Assembly: GCA_002269645.1 (NCBI GenBank)
Contig: NIVC01000119.1
Span: 297,323-361,322, forward strand
DNA: 64,000 nucleotides
Source of the DNA: Macrostomum lignano
Taxonomy: Eukaryota
Direction of reading: 5' to 3'
Position numbers and translations under genes: made by a program. The notes beneath the pieces were generated by a model. That model had not been told where the DNA came from and ran no database searches. It worked only from the letters and a program-made list of their open reading frames with translations. Shown here in pieces: positions 16,081 through 28,365 of this stretch. Each line of letters starts with the position of its first letter. Position 1 is the stretch's first letter.

Positions 16081-16343
16081 TATCCTTAATATATTCCCCA
16101 ATATGTTATAATGAATCATGGAGGGACTGCTTGTCATTGGATTTAACATCATTTAAATTTATAGGAAATGAATTAGCTATATATATGGATATTGGATATG
16201 GAAATGCTATGGGAAAAATTAGGTACAACTACTACATATATAAATATAGTAAAAATTATTTTATGGTGTGAACTCTACCACTGATTATGAAATCGCTATA
16301 ATAATTGCCCTTGCTGCATGCTGCAATCTTAAAAAAAGCAACA

Positions 16344-17396
16344 ATGAGCGATCTGAAGCAGCTCAATAGCTTAGTTAGCAATCTTGAATCGGCTCTGGGT
16401 GTCTCCGGAGGCAGCGGAGGTGGCGGTGGCGCCTCCGTAGCAGCCTTCGATTCGAGTGTTGGCGCTCGCCTTACCGAGTTCGACAATGCGTCTCGTCAAG
16501 TCGGCGGCGACGTTGCCGAACTCTCGCCAATCGTACTCGACGCCTTTGCCGCCCTCCGATCTGTTCTGGTCGAAGCCTCCAACCGGCCGTCGCGTCCGAA
16601 CGACGCAGAACTGCAGCGCCTGCTCGAGCCGTTGAGCAGACGCTTGCAAAAAGTTGACGAATTTCGCAATTCGAAACGAGCCAGCGCTCAATTCAATCAC
16701 CTGAGCGCCGTGGCGGAATCCATTGGCGCCCTTGGCTGGGTGGCGCAGCCGGAGAAACCGGCGCCGTTTGTTGAGAGCCTACGAGACGCCGGCGTGTTCT
16801 ATTCGAATCGCGTGCTTAAAGAGGCTAAAGATGGCAAAGCTGGTGGCGAGGCTGGCGCCGCCTGGGCGAAGGCTTGGACAGCCGTCATCAACTCGATGAT
16901 TGCCTACGTGAAGGAGAATCACCTCACTGGCCTGGTCTGGGGCGGCTCCGGCGGCTCCTCCGGTGGTACAGCGGCCGCCAGCGCCGAGGCCACTATGGAA
17001 AGCGTTCTGCACCGTCTGGAAGCTCTGACGGCCAAGGTGAAATCTGGCGGCGCCGGTGTCAAAGCTGGCTCGGGCGATGACGCTTCTAGCAACGGTTTTG
17101 GCTCCGTTGTCGACCGGATGTCGGCTTTCACGGCCGCCACGGCGGCTCTTGACTCCGCCGATACCGCGGATGTTCGTAAAATCGTCGATATGGCCAATAT
17201 GGCTTTCCAGCTGTTGCGCAATCTGCTGGGCCAGCCCAGACCCGCTAGCGGCGGCGTTCAAAGCCTGCCAACTTTTCAACAGCTGAGCCAGAGTATCAAT
17301 CAGGCTGTTGAGTTTCGTGAGGCTAACAGGACTAGCCGGTGTTTTAATCACCTGTCCGCTGTCAGCGCCTCGCTGCCCGCCTTCGGCTGGGTTCAG
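16344..17396 (+). CDS. CAP: Adenylyl cyclase-associated protein, exon 1 (module 1 OD+HFD, then OD and most of HFD of module 2)
   Basis: [17 protein letters not shown]...FYSNRVLKE and a second [17 protein letters not shown]; donor cag|GTTTGA at 17397. Confidence 0.92.
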
Positions 17397-17446
17397 GTTT
17401 GAGCTGTTTGGCTTAGTTAGTGGCTTCTGTTCTTTATTGATAATTG

Positions 17447-17468
17447 ATGTCTGTCTGTGTCTGTCTGT

Positions 17469-17502
<34 letters not shown>

Positions 17503-17525
17503 CTGTCTGTCTGTCTGTCTGTCTG

Positions 17526-17586
<61 letters not shown>

Positions 17587-17587
17587 G

Positions 17588-17646
<59 letters not shown>

Positions 17647-17697
17647 GTCTGTCTGTCTGTCTGTACGTGTCTGTCCGTCTGTCTGTCTGTGTCTGTG

Positions 17698-17748
<51 letters not shown>

Positions 17749-17775
17749 GTCTGTCTGTGTCTATCTGTCTGTACG

Positions 17776-17816
<41 letters not shown>

Positions 17817-17989
17817 ATCTGTCTGTCTGTCTGTCTGTACGTGTCTATCCGTCTGTCTGTCTGTGTCTGTCTGTCTGTCTGTACGTGTCTGTCTGTCTAT
17901 CTGTCTGTCTGTCTGTCTGTACGTGTCTGTCCGTCTGTCTGTCTGTCCGTCTGTCCGTCTGTCTGTACGTGTCTGTCTGTCTGTCTGCC

Positions 17990-18036
<47 letters not shown>

Positions 18037-18171
18037 GTGTCCGTGTCTGTCTGTCTGTCTGTCTGTCTGCCCGTCTGTCTGTCTGTCTGTCTGTCTGTCT
18101 GCCCGTCTGTCTGTCTGTCTGTCTGTCTGTGTGTCCGTGTCTGTCTGTCTGTCTGTCTGTCTGTGTGTCCG

Positions 18172-18224
<53 letters not shown>

Positions 18225-18240
18225 CAGGGTCTGTCTGTCT
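17447..18240. repeat. (GTCT)n microsatellite in CAP intron 1
   Basis: Read directly. Confidence 0.97.
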
Positions 18241-18370
18241 ATGTGTTTTTCTATCTAACTAACTTTTCTATTCTATCTATCTCAGTCAGTAAAAACTGAA
18301 TATATCATATTTTTCCCATCGAGAATGAGTATTCTTGTCTAGCTCTCCCCTCTCCATAACCTGTCCCCAG

Positions 18371-18725
18371 ATGTCGCCAGCCCCGGCCCAGTTCGTGCAG
18401 GACATGCGAGAGTCGGGCCAGTTCTACACGGATAAAATTCTCACCGAGTACAAGCGCTCAGACACTCGTCACGTGACCTGGGCCGCCGCCTGGATTGACC
18501 TGTTGAAGGAGATGCAGGCCTACGTCAAGGCTAAGCACACCACCGGATTCGTGTTTGCTGCCGGTGGCGCCGCCGCTGCGCCCGCTGCTGCTCCCCGGCG
18601 CCGAGGGCTGGCGGGCCCCCTCCGCCGCCTCCGCCCCGCCGCCGCCGCCGCCCCCGCCTCCGCCAGCTGGTGGCGCCGACGATGGAGCCGCCAAAGCGGC
18701 CGCCCTGTTTGCGGAGATTAACCAG
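18371..18725 (+). CDS. CAP: CAP exon 2 (end of HFD2, polyproline P1, start of WH2); two apparent 1-nt deletions in GC/C runs
   Basis: Acceptor ccccAG|atgtcg; MSPAPAQFVQDMRESGQFYTDKILTEYK; poly-Pro; ALFAEINQ|GTAAGT. Confidence 0.88.
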
Positions 18726-18789
18726 GTAAGTCTCCGTCTCTATTTGCGCTGCTGAGCTGGTGTTGTAAATCCCCTCTGATCCCATTAAG

Positions 18790-19085
18790 TGTCTAAATAT
18801 CCCATCTGATCCTATTTGGGTCTAAAAATCCTATGTAATCCCATATAGTGTCTGAAAATCCCATCTGATCCCATATAGTGTCTGAAAATCTCATCTGATC
18901 CCATATAGGATCTGAAAATCCCATCTGATCCCATATAGGATCTGAAAATCTCATCTGATCCCATATAGGATCTGAAAATCCCATCTGATCCCATATAGTG
19001 TCTGAAAATCCCATCTGATCCATATAGTGTCTGAAAATCCCATCTGATCCCAATTAGGATCCGAAAATCCCACTTGATCCCATTT
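18790..19085. repeat. 30-bp minisatellite in CAP intron 2
   Basis: gtctgaaaatcccatctgatcccatatagt units. Confidence 0.93.
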
Positions 19086-19132
19086 AGGAATAAGCAATCC
19101 AAAAAATCAATTAATCTTTTTCCCGTTGCCAG

Positions 19133-19426
19133 GGCGAAGGCATCACCGGCCGACTCCGCAAGGTGCCCGATTCGGCTAAGACGCATAAAAATCCCGAACT
19201 GCGCTCCGCTAAAAAGGCGCCGCCACCTGTGGCGCCAAAACCTGGTGCTGCGAATTCGTCCGCCTCGGTTAAGAAGCCGGCCGCGCCGGCCAAGCAGCCC
19301 GTGACGGAGCTGACGGGCCAGAAGTGGACTGTGGAATACCATAAGAGCAATAGGAGTATTGTGCTGGATAATACCAGTATTAAGCAGGCTGTGTACATCT
19401 TTAAATGCGAAGGTTGCACTATTCAG
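19133..19426 (+). CDS. CAP: CAP exon 3 (WH2, P2, start of CARP)
   Basis: gccAG|GEGITGRLRKVPDSAKTHKNPELR...KWTVEYH...VYIFKCEGCTIQ|GTGAGT; 294 nt, phase 0 at both ends. Confidence 0.92.
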
Positions 19427-19504
19427 GTGAGTTTACAAGAATCCGAAACCATATCGTGTACAAATATTTCTTATTCAAACTGAGTGGTTAATATTGAAGT
19501 AATA

Positions 19505-20135
19505 AATCCCAAAGTTCCCCAAAAAAGAGAATTCCCCATAGCAAAATAATCCCCAAAAATTCCCCATAGCACAGAATCCCAAAATATCCCATAGCAAAGA
19601 ACCCCAAAAATTCCCCTTAGCAAAGAATCCCAAAATTCTCCATAGCAAAGAACCTCGAAATCCCCCATCGCAAAGAATCCCCAAATTCCCCATAGCGAAA
19701 AATCCCCAAATCCCCCATAGCGAAAAATCCCCAAATTCCTCATAGCGAAAAATCCTCAAATTCCCCATAGCGAAAAATCCCAAAATGCCTCATAGCAAAG
19801 AATCCCAAAATTATCCATAGCAAAGAACCCCAAAATCCCTCATCGCAAATAATCCCCAAATTACCCATAGCGAAAAATCCCCAAATTCCCCATAGCGAAA
19901 AATCCCCAAATTCCCCATATCGAAAAATCCCAAAATGCCTCATAGCAAAGAATCCCGAAATTTCCCATAGCGAAAAATCCAAAATTATCCATAGCAAAGA
20001 ACCCCGAAATCCCCCATCGCAAAGAACCCCGAAATCCCCCATAGCAAAAAATCCCGAAATCCCCCATAGCGAAAAATCCCCGAATTCCCCATAGCGAAAA
20101 ATCCCCAAAAATTTCCCATAACAAAAAGCCAAAAA
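19505..20135. repeat. About 20-21-bp minisatellite in CAP intron 3
   Basis: cccatagcgaaaaatccccaaa-type units. Confidence 0.9.
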
Positions 20136-20144
20136 CCCCCACAG

Positions 20145-20486
20145 GTGAAAGGCAAGGTGAACGGCATCACCCTGGACAGCTGCCGCAAATGCGCTCTGGT
20201 ATTCGATGATCTGATCAGCGCAGTGGACATTGTGAACTGTCAATCAGTCCAAACCCAATGCCTTGGCACAGTGCCAACTGTCAATATTGACAAAACTGAC
20301 GGTGTGCAAGTCTATCTAACCGAAAATTGTCGATCAACTTGTTCGATTGTGGCCGCTAAATCTTCCGAGATGAACATCTGCATCGCTCTGGAGAATGGCG
20401 ATGTCAAGGAGTACCCTCTGCCGGAGCAGTTTCGCAACGTATGGAATGGTAAAGGATTCACCACTGAGCCCACTGATCTGATCTGA
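20145..20486 (+). CDS. CAP: CAP exon 4 (CARP domain C-terminus)
   Basis: acAG|VKGKVNGITLDSC...IDKTDG...KSSEMN...EYPLPEQF, stop at 20484-20486. Confidence 0.93.
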   Translation: MKGKVNGITLDSCRKCALVFDDLISAVDIVNCQSVQTQCLGTVPTVNIDKTDGVQVYLTENCRSTCSIVAAKSSEMNICIALENGDVKEYPLPEQFRNVWNGKGFTTEPTDLI

Positions 20487-20954
20487 CTTGATGAAGCACT
20501 GCTGCCGAGTAACTAATTTTTTATATTCAACTATAATATTTATTGCTCCGCGTATCAATATGAGTATTTATTTATTTTGATCAATTTAAATCAATCATTC
20601 AATCATCTTTCATAGCAAGTTTTTTAAATGTATATTGCAGACTGTGTCAACATCGCTAAGTGGCTTGATAAATAAAATTATAGGCTGTTCGATGTTTTAG
20701 AAGTACACACGGAACTTTCTGTGCTTGGTTTCTGATCGAATATTCGTATATCAAGTCAATATTCCGTTTCTAATTCTTATTCAGAGGGCAACATGAATTC
20801 TTTTTTATTTGATGCTTAGACAGGTTTGTTACTATTTATTTCAATTTTTTTTTGTATTACCTTAGCTCGTAAAACAATAAATCTGTTGCAATGCATGCCA
20901 TTTATACAACACAATGACTATTGCTAGTTGGAAAAGTTACGGTTTTTTTAACAA

Positions 20955-21155
20955 CAGATCCTCAGTTGCTGGGCCAGCCTCTCAGATCCTCAGTTGCTGG
21001 GCCAGCCTCTCAGATCCTCAGTTGCTGGGCCAGCCTCTCAGATCCCCAGTTGCTGGGCCAGCCTCTCAGACTTTCAGTTGCTGGGCCAGCCTTCCAGATC
21101 CTCAGTTGCTGGGCCAGCCTCTCAGACTTCAGTTGCTGGGCCAGCCTTCCAGATC
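20955..21155. repeat. 28-bp minisatellite (cagcctctcagatcctcagttgctgggc), same family as 33930-34555
   Basis: Direct tandem units. Confidence 0.93.
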
Positions 21156-21705
21156 CTTCAAGTAAATTTTCTAGTTTAGTGCCGTGAGCTTTTTAAATTA
21201 ATATTTATTATAAACCGGTTTTAACAAACTTTATGTTGCACATTTTATAATTTAATTTGTTAGCATTATATATATTCTTGATTATATTTATTCGTGAAAT
21301 AAGTCTACAAAATCTTCCAAAATTACTTTTTCAACATCCGGTTTCGTCTACCACAAATTTTGTGTATGTGAAAATATTAATGAATGCTTATAAAAGCATT
21401 GTTTATTTTACAACTAAACTGCTTGTGTTCAACCTGACCGTTTTTTTCAAAGTTTTTTTAACTAGGCTTTTCATAATTGACTGTTTCAAATTTCAACACT
21501 ACGCGATAGTAGTCAGGCGGTTTTTTCCGACCGGAAACGAAATCCTTTCGCTGATAATGGCCTAATTTTGCCCTTTATTGTAACACTGATTGACTCGCGT
21601 TCTTGCTAACGGAATCCACAATATTGCTTATTGATTATTAATTAAAATGGTAAACAATAGTAGCATCACTTTCATTTTCAAACGGCTGTTTCTCGTGTTG
21701 TTTCT

Positions 21706-22025
21706 TTGGGATCACGGGTTCCTTTGGGGTCACAGATTCCTTTGGGATCACGGGTTCCTTTGGGGTCACAGATTCCTTTGGGATCACGGTTTCCTTTGGG
21801 GTCACAGATTCCTTCGGAATCACGGGTTCCTTTGGGATCACAGAGTCCTTTGGGATCACAGAGTCCTTTAGGATCACAGATTCTTGTGGGATCACAGATT
21901 CCTTTGGGATCACAGATTCCTTTGGGATCACAGATTCTTGTGGGATCACAGAGTCCTTTAGGATCACAGATTCTTGTGGGATCACAGATTCCTTTGAGAT
22001 TACAGATTCCTTTAGAATCACAGAT
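21706..22025. repeat. 18-bp minisatellite (gggatcacagattccttt)
   Basis: Direct tandem units. Confidence 0.93.
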
Positions 22026-22121
22026 CATATTATATTGATTATGTCATTATGACTGTTGTCTTGCTAATATCAACCTTAATGAAATTGTAATTCCAGCTAA
22101 TTAATAAGCACTGGACGCGGT

Positions 22122-22235
22122 ATGACGCAATACATACCAAATTTGGATCCGGAACTTCTGCAAACTGTTGCGGAAGAATTACAGTCTAAAGAGGCGCTGC
22201 AAAGAAAGCACTACTTTCTGTTGGAGCAGCTGCAG
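22122..22235 (+). CDS. DGCR6: DGCR6/gonadal homolog, coding exon 1 (not in the ORF track)
   Basis: MTQYIPNLDPELLQTVAEELQSKEALQRKHYFLLEQLQ|GTAAAA, 38 codons; matches the QERHYQLLSALQ motif of the family. Confidence 0.8.
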
Positions 22236-22249
22236 GTAAAAATCCAAAA

Positions 22250-25200
22250 ATTGATAGGGAAGAAAGAGATTAGTTAGAATTCGATGAGCAAGAGATTAAG
22301 AGAATCGATGGGGAAGAGTGATTGATGGAATAAATCGATAGGGAAGAAATCGATAGGAGAATTTGATGGGGAAGAGTGATTAATGGGAGAAATCAATGGG
22401 GAGGAGAGATTGATGGGAGAAATCGATGGGAAAGAGATTGGGGAGAAATCGATGGTGAAGAGATTGATGGGAGAAATCGATGGTGAAGAGATTGATGGGA
22501 GAAATCGATGGTGAAGAGATTGATGGGAGAAATCGATGGTGAAGAGAGTAGGGAGAAATCGATGGTGAAGAGATTGGGGAGAAATCGATGGGGAAGAGAT
22601 TGGGGAGAAATCGATGGTGAAGAGAGTAGGGAGAAATCGATGGTGAAGAGATTGGGGAGAAATCGATGGGGAAGAGATTGGGGAGAAATCGATGGTGAAG
22701 AGATTGGGGAGAAATCGATGGTGAAGAGAGTAGGGAGAAATCGATGGTGAAGAGATTGGGGAGAAATCGATGGTGAAGAGAGTAGGGAGAAATCGATGGT
22801 GAAGAGATTGGGGAGAAATCGATGGTGAAGAGAGTAGGGAGAAATCGTTGGTGAAGAGATTGATGGGAGAAATCGATGGTGAAGAGAGTAGGGAGAAATC
22901 GATGGTGAAGAGATTGGGGAGAAATCGATGGTGAAGAGTTTGATGGGAGAAATCGATGGTGAAGAGATTGATGGGAGAAATCGATGGTGAAGAGATTGAT
23001 GGGAGAAATCGATGGTGAAGAGATTGATGGGAGAAATCGATGGTGAAGAGAGTAGGGAGAAATCGATGGTGAAGAGATTGGGGAGAAATCGATGGGGAAG
23101 AGATTGGGGAGAAATCGATGGTGAAGAGATTGGGGAGAAATCGATGGTGAAGAGAGTAGGGAGAAATCGATGGTGAAGAGATTGGGGGGAAATCGATGGT
23201 GAAGAGATTGGGGAGAAATCGATGGGGAAGAGATTGGGGAGAAATCGATGGTGAAGAGATTGATGGGAGAAATCGATGGTGAAGAGATTGATGGGAGAAA
23301 TCGATGGTGAAGAGATTGATGGGAGAAATCGATGGTGAAGAGATTGATGGGAGAAATCGATGGTGAAGAGATTGGGGAGAAATCGATGGGGAAGAGATTG
23401 GGGAGAAATCGATGGTGAAGAGATTGGGGGGAGAAATCGATGGTGAAGAGAGTAGGGAGAAATCGATGGTGAAGAGATTGGGGGGAAATCGATGGTGAAG
23501 AGATTGGGGAGAAATCGATGGGGAAGAGATTGGGGAGAAATCGATGGTGAAGAGATTGATGGGAGAAATCGATGGTGAAGAGATTGATGGGAGAAATCGA
23601 TGGTAAAGAGAGTAGGGAGAAATCGATGGTGAAGAGAGTAGGGAGAAATCGATGGTGAAGAGATTGGGGAGAAATCGATGGTGAAGAGATTGGTGGGAGA
23701 AATCGATGGTGAAGAGATTGATGGGAGAAATCGATGGTGAAGAGAGTAGGGAGAAATCGATGGTGAAGAGAGTAGGGAGAAATCGTTGGTGAAGAGATTG
23801 GGGGGAGAAATCGATGGTGAAGAGAGTAGGGAGAAATCGATGGTGAAGAGATTGATGGGAGAAATCGATGGTGAAGAGATTGATGGGAGAAATCGATGGT
23901 GAAGAGAGTAGGGAGAAATCGATGGTGAAGAGATTGGGGGGAGAAATCGATGGTGAAGAGAGTAGGGAGAAATCGATGGTGAAGAGATTGGGGAGAAATC
24001 GATGGTGAAGAGAGTAGGGAGAAATCGATGGTGAAGAGATTGATGGGAGAAATCGATGGTGAAGAGATTGGGGAGAAATCGATGGTGAAGAGATTGATGG
24101 GAGAAATCGATGGTGAAGAGATTGGGGAGAAATCGATGGTGAAGAGATTGATGGGAGAAATCGATGGTGAAGAGATTGGGGAGAAATCGATAGTGAAGAG
24201 AGTAGGGAGAAATCGATGGTGAAGAGATTGGGGAGAAATCGATGGGGAAGAGATTGGGGAGAAATCGATGGTGAAGAGATTGATGGGAGAAATCGATGGT
24301 GAAGAGATTGGGGAGAAATCGATGGTGAAGAGATTGATGGGAGAAATCGATGGTGAAGAGATTGATGGGAGAAATCGATGGTGAAGAGAGTAGGGAGAAA
24401 TCGATGGTGGAGAGATTGGGGAGAAATCGATGGGGAAGAGATTGGGGAGAAATCGATGGGGAAGAGATTGGGGAGAAATCGATGGTGAAGAGATTGGGGG
24501 GAAATCGATGGTGAAGAGATTGGGGGGAAATCGATGGTGAAGAGAGTAGGGAGAAATCGATGATGAAGAGATTGGGGGAAATCGATGGTGAATAGATTGG
24601 GGAGAAATCGATGGTGAAGAGATTGGGGGGAAATCGATGGTGAAGAGATTGGGGAGAAATCGATGGGGAAGAGATTGGGGAGAAATCGATGGTGAAGAGA
24701 TTGATGGGAGAAATCGATGGTGAAGAGATTGATGGGAGAAATCGATGGTGAAGAGAGTAGGGAGAAATCGATGGTGAAGAGAGTAGGGAGAAATCGATGG
24801 TGAAGAGATTGGGGAGAAATCGATGGGGAAGAGATTGGGGAGAAATCGATGGTGAAGAGATTGGGGGGAAATCGATGGTGAAGAGATTGGGGGGAAATCG
24901 ATGGTGAAGAGAGTAGGGAGAAATCGATGGTGAAGAGAGTAGGGAGAAATCGATGGGGAAGAGATTGGGGAGAAATCGATGGGGAAGAGATTGGGGAGAA
25001 ATCGATGGTGAAGAGATTGGGGGGAAATCGATGGTGAAGAGATTGGGGGGAAATCGATGGTGAAGAGAGTAGGGAGAAATCGATGATGAAGAGATTGGGG
25101 GGAAATCGATGGTGAATAGATTGGGGAGAAATCGATGGTGAAGAGATTGGGGGAAATCGATGGTGAAGAGATTGGGGAGAAATCGATGGGGAAGAGATTG

Positions 25201-26570
25201 GGGAGAAATCGATGGTGAAGAGATTGATGGGAGAAATCGATGGTGAAGAGATTGATGGGAGAAATCGATGGTGAAGAGAGTAGGGAGAAATCGATGGTGA
25301 AGAGAGTAGGGAGAAATCGATGGTGAAGAGATTGGGGAGAAATCGATGGGAAGAGATTGGGGAGAAATCGATGGTGAAGAGATTGGGGGGAAATCGATGG
25401 TGAAGAGATTGGGGGGAAATCGATGGTGAAGAGATTGGGGGGAAATCGATGGTGAAGAGAGTAGGGAGAAATCGATGATGAAGAGATTGGGGGGAAATCG
25501 ATGGTGAATAGATTGGGGAGAAATCGATGGTGAAGAGATTGGGGGGAAATCGATGGTGAAGAGATTGGGGAGAAATCGATGGGGAAGAGATTGGGGAGAA
25601 ATCGATGGTGAAGAGATTGATGGGAGAAATCGATGGTGAAGAGATTGATGGGAGAAATCGATGGTGAAGAGAGTAGGGAGAAATCGATGGTGAAGAGAGT
25701 AGGGAGAAATCGATGGTGAAGAGATTGGGGAGAAATCGATGGTGAAGAGATTGATGGGAGAAATCGATGGTGAAGAGATTGGGGAGAAATCGATGGTGAA
25801 GAGATTGATGGGAGAAATCGATGGTGAAGAGATTGATGGGAGAAATCGATGGTGAAGAGAGTAGGGAGAAATCGATGGTGAAGAGATTGGGGGGAGAAAT
25901 CGATGGTGAAGAGAGTAGGGAGAAATCGATGGTGAAGAGATTGGGGAGAAATCGATGGTGAAGAGAGTAGGGAGAAATCGATGGTGAAGAGATTGATGGG
26001 AGAAATCGATGGTGAAGAGATTGGGGAGAAATCGATGGTGAAGAGATTGATGGGAGAAATCGATGGTGAAGAGATTGATGGGAGAAATCGATGGTGAAGA
26101 GATTGATGGGAGAAATCGATGGTGAAGAGAGTAGGGAGAAATCGATGGTGAAGAGATTGATGGGAGAAATCGATGGTAAAGAGAGTAGGGAGAAATCGAT
26201 GGTGAAGAGATTGATGGGAGAAATCGATGGTGAAGAGATTGGGGAGAAATCGATGGTGAAGAGATTGATGGGAGAAATCGATGGTGAAGAGATTGATGGG
26301 AGAAATCGATGGTGAAGAGAGTAGGGAGAAATCGATGGTGAAGAGATTGGGGAGAAATCGATGGGGAAGAGATTGGGGAGAAATCGATGGTGAAGAGATT
26401 GGGGGGAAATCGATGGTGAGGAGATTGGGGGGAAATCGATGGTGAAGAGAGTAGGGAGAAATCGATGATGAAGAGATTGGGGGGAAATCGATGGTGAATA
26501 GATTGGGGAGAAATCGATGGTGAAGAGATTGGGGAGAAATCGATGGTGAAGAGATTGGGGAGAAATCGAT
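22250..26570. repeat. 4.3-kb purine-rich 23-26-bp satellite filling the DGCR6 intron
   Basis: gggagaaatcgatggtgaagagattg units; variant gatgatgaag...gtgaatagattg recurs at about 24560, 25080, 25470, 26465. Confidence 0.97.
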
Positions 26571-26632
26571 AAAAAAGTTTTAAAAAATCGGTGCTAATTA
26601 GAAGCGCACAACACCCACCCCATCACCCCCAG

Positions 26633-27148
26633 CAAATGCACTTGGCCCTGCCAGCCGTACATCGCTCTCGGGTATCCCACGACCAAATCTGCCGCTTAGC
26701 CAATTCGCTCTTGGACGGCACCGTATTCGACATCGTTCGCGACCTGCGCGAGGTTCAGCATTTAGAAGAGAAATCCCTGTCGGAACGAAGACGCCAACTA
26801 GAGTCGGAACTGAAACTTGAACGGTCGGATCTAAGTGCCAGACAGGCGGAAGAGTTGGCCTCCATAGTTGCCGTCGGTCGGCAACGAACTGCCGAGGAGC
26901 GCCGAGTTCGACAAATTCACGAGCGTCAAACCATCGAGTTGGAGCGAACTCAAGCTGATCGGTTGAAAAAATTCGACATGAAAATTATTATGGAATTGGA
27001 CCAGAAAGTGCTCACTCAGCAGAGTACGTTAGAGAAGTCCGGCGTCCCCGGATTCTTTGTCACGAATAGTCCCAACGATATTCGAACTCAAATGATTCTG
27101 ATGGATTTTATTATGCGTTTGAGTCAGAAGAAACCGCCTCAAACGTAG
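26633..27148 (+). CDS. DGCR6: DGCR6/gonadal homolog, coding exon 2
   Basis: ccccAG|QMHLALP...LLDGTVFDIV...EVQHLEEKSL...KIIMELDQKVLTQQSTLEKSGVPGFFVT; about 209 aa in total. Confidence 0.9.
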   Translation, partial: QMHLALPAVHRSRVSHDQICRLANSLLDGTVFDIVRDLREVQHLEEKSLSERRRQLESELKLERSDLSARQAEELASIVAVGRQRTAEERRVRQIHERQTIELERTQADRLKKFDMKIIMELDQKVLTQQSTLEKSGVPGFFVTNSPNDIRTQMILMDFIMRLSQKKPPQT

Positions 27149-27294
27149 CTAAGTTTGATCGCTGACTCAGCATTGCACTATTAGGGCCTTGGTGTGCAAT
27201 ATGATCTTTGTGTGTACTACCGAGTCTGAACTCATTTTTGAGTCATAGCTTCGGTTATAACACGGATATAGCTTTCATTTTATGACCCTTTGAC

Positions 27295-28365
27295 TTCACC
27301 TCCTTGGTCATTGATTCGGTCATGGCGCAGTAGCTTCACTCCTTTGGTCATTGATTCGGTTATGACGCAGTAACTTCACTCTCTTGGTCATTGATTCGGT
27401 TATGACGCAGTAACTTCACTCTCTTGGTCATTGATTCGGTTATGACGCAGTAACTTCACTTTCTTGGTCATTGATTCGGTTATGACGCAGTAACTTCACT
27501 CCCTTGGTCATTGATTCGGTCATGGCGCAGTAACTTCACTCTCTTGGTCATTGATTCGGTCATGGCGCAGTAACTTCACTCCCTAGGTCATTGATTCGGT
27601 CATGGCACAGTAACTTCACTCCCTTGGTCATTGATTTGGTCATGGCGCAGTAACTTCACTCCCTTGGTCATTGATTTGGTCATGGCGCAGTAACTTCACT
27701 CTCTTGGTCATTGATTCGGTTATGACGCAGTAACTTCACTTTCTTGGTCATTGATTCGGTTATGACGCAGTAACTTCACTCCCTTGGTCATTGATTCGGT
27801 CATGGCGCAGTAACTTCACTCTCTTGGTCATTGATTCGGTCATGGCGCAGTAACTTCACTCCCTAGGTCATTGATTCGGTCATGGCACAGTAACTTCACT
27901 CCCTTGGTCATTGATTCGGTCATGGCGCAGTAACTTCACTCCCTTGGTCATTGATTCGGTCATGGCGCAGTAACTTCACTCCCTTGGTCATTGATTCGGT
28001 CATGGCGCAGTAACTTCACTCCCTTGGTCATTGATTTGGTCATGGCGCAGTAACTTCACTCCCTTGGTCATTGATTCGGTCATGGCGCAGTAACTTCACT
28101 CCCTAGGTCATTGATTCGGTCATGGCGCAGTAACTTCACTCCCTTGGTCATTGATTCGGTCATGGCGCAGTAACTTCACTCCCTTGGTCATTGATTTGGT
28201 CATGGCGCAGTAACTTCACTCCCTTGGTCATTGATTCGGTCATGGCGCAGTAACTCTACTCCTTTGGTCATTTATTCGGTTATGACGCAGTAACTTCACT
28301 CCCTTGGTCATTGATTCGGTCATGGCGCAGTCAGACCCTCCATATGGTCATTGATTTGGTCATGT
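27295..28365. repeat. 40-bp minisatellite, about 26 copies, 3' of DGCR6
   Basis: ggtcattgattcggtcatggcgcagtaacttcactccctt, no spacers. Confidence 0.96.

Noticed and set aside
27295-28365. CRISPR-like 40-bp repeats
   Set aside because: Units are contiguous with no unique spacers, there are no cas genes, and the context is eukaryotic.
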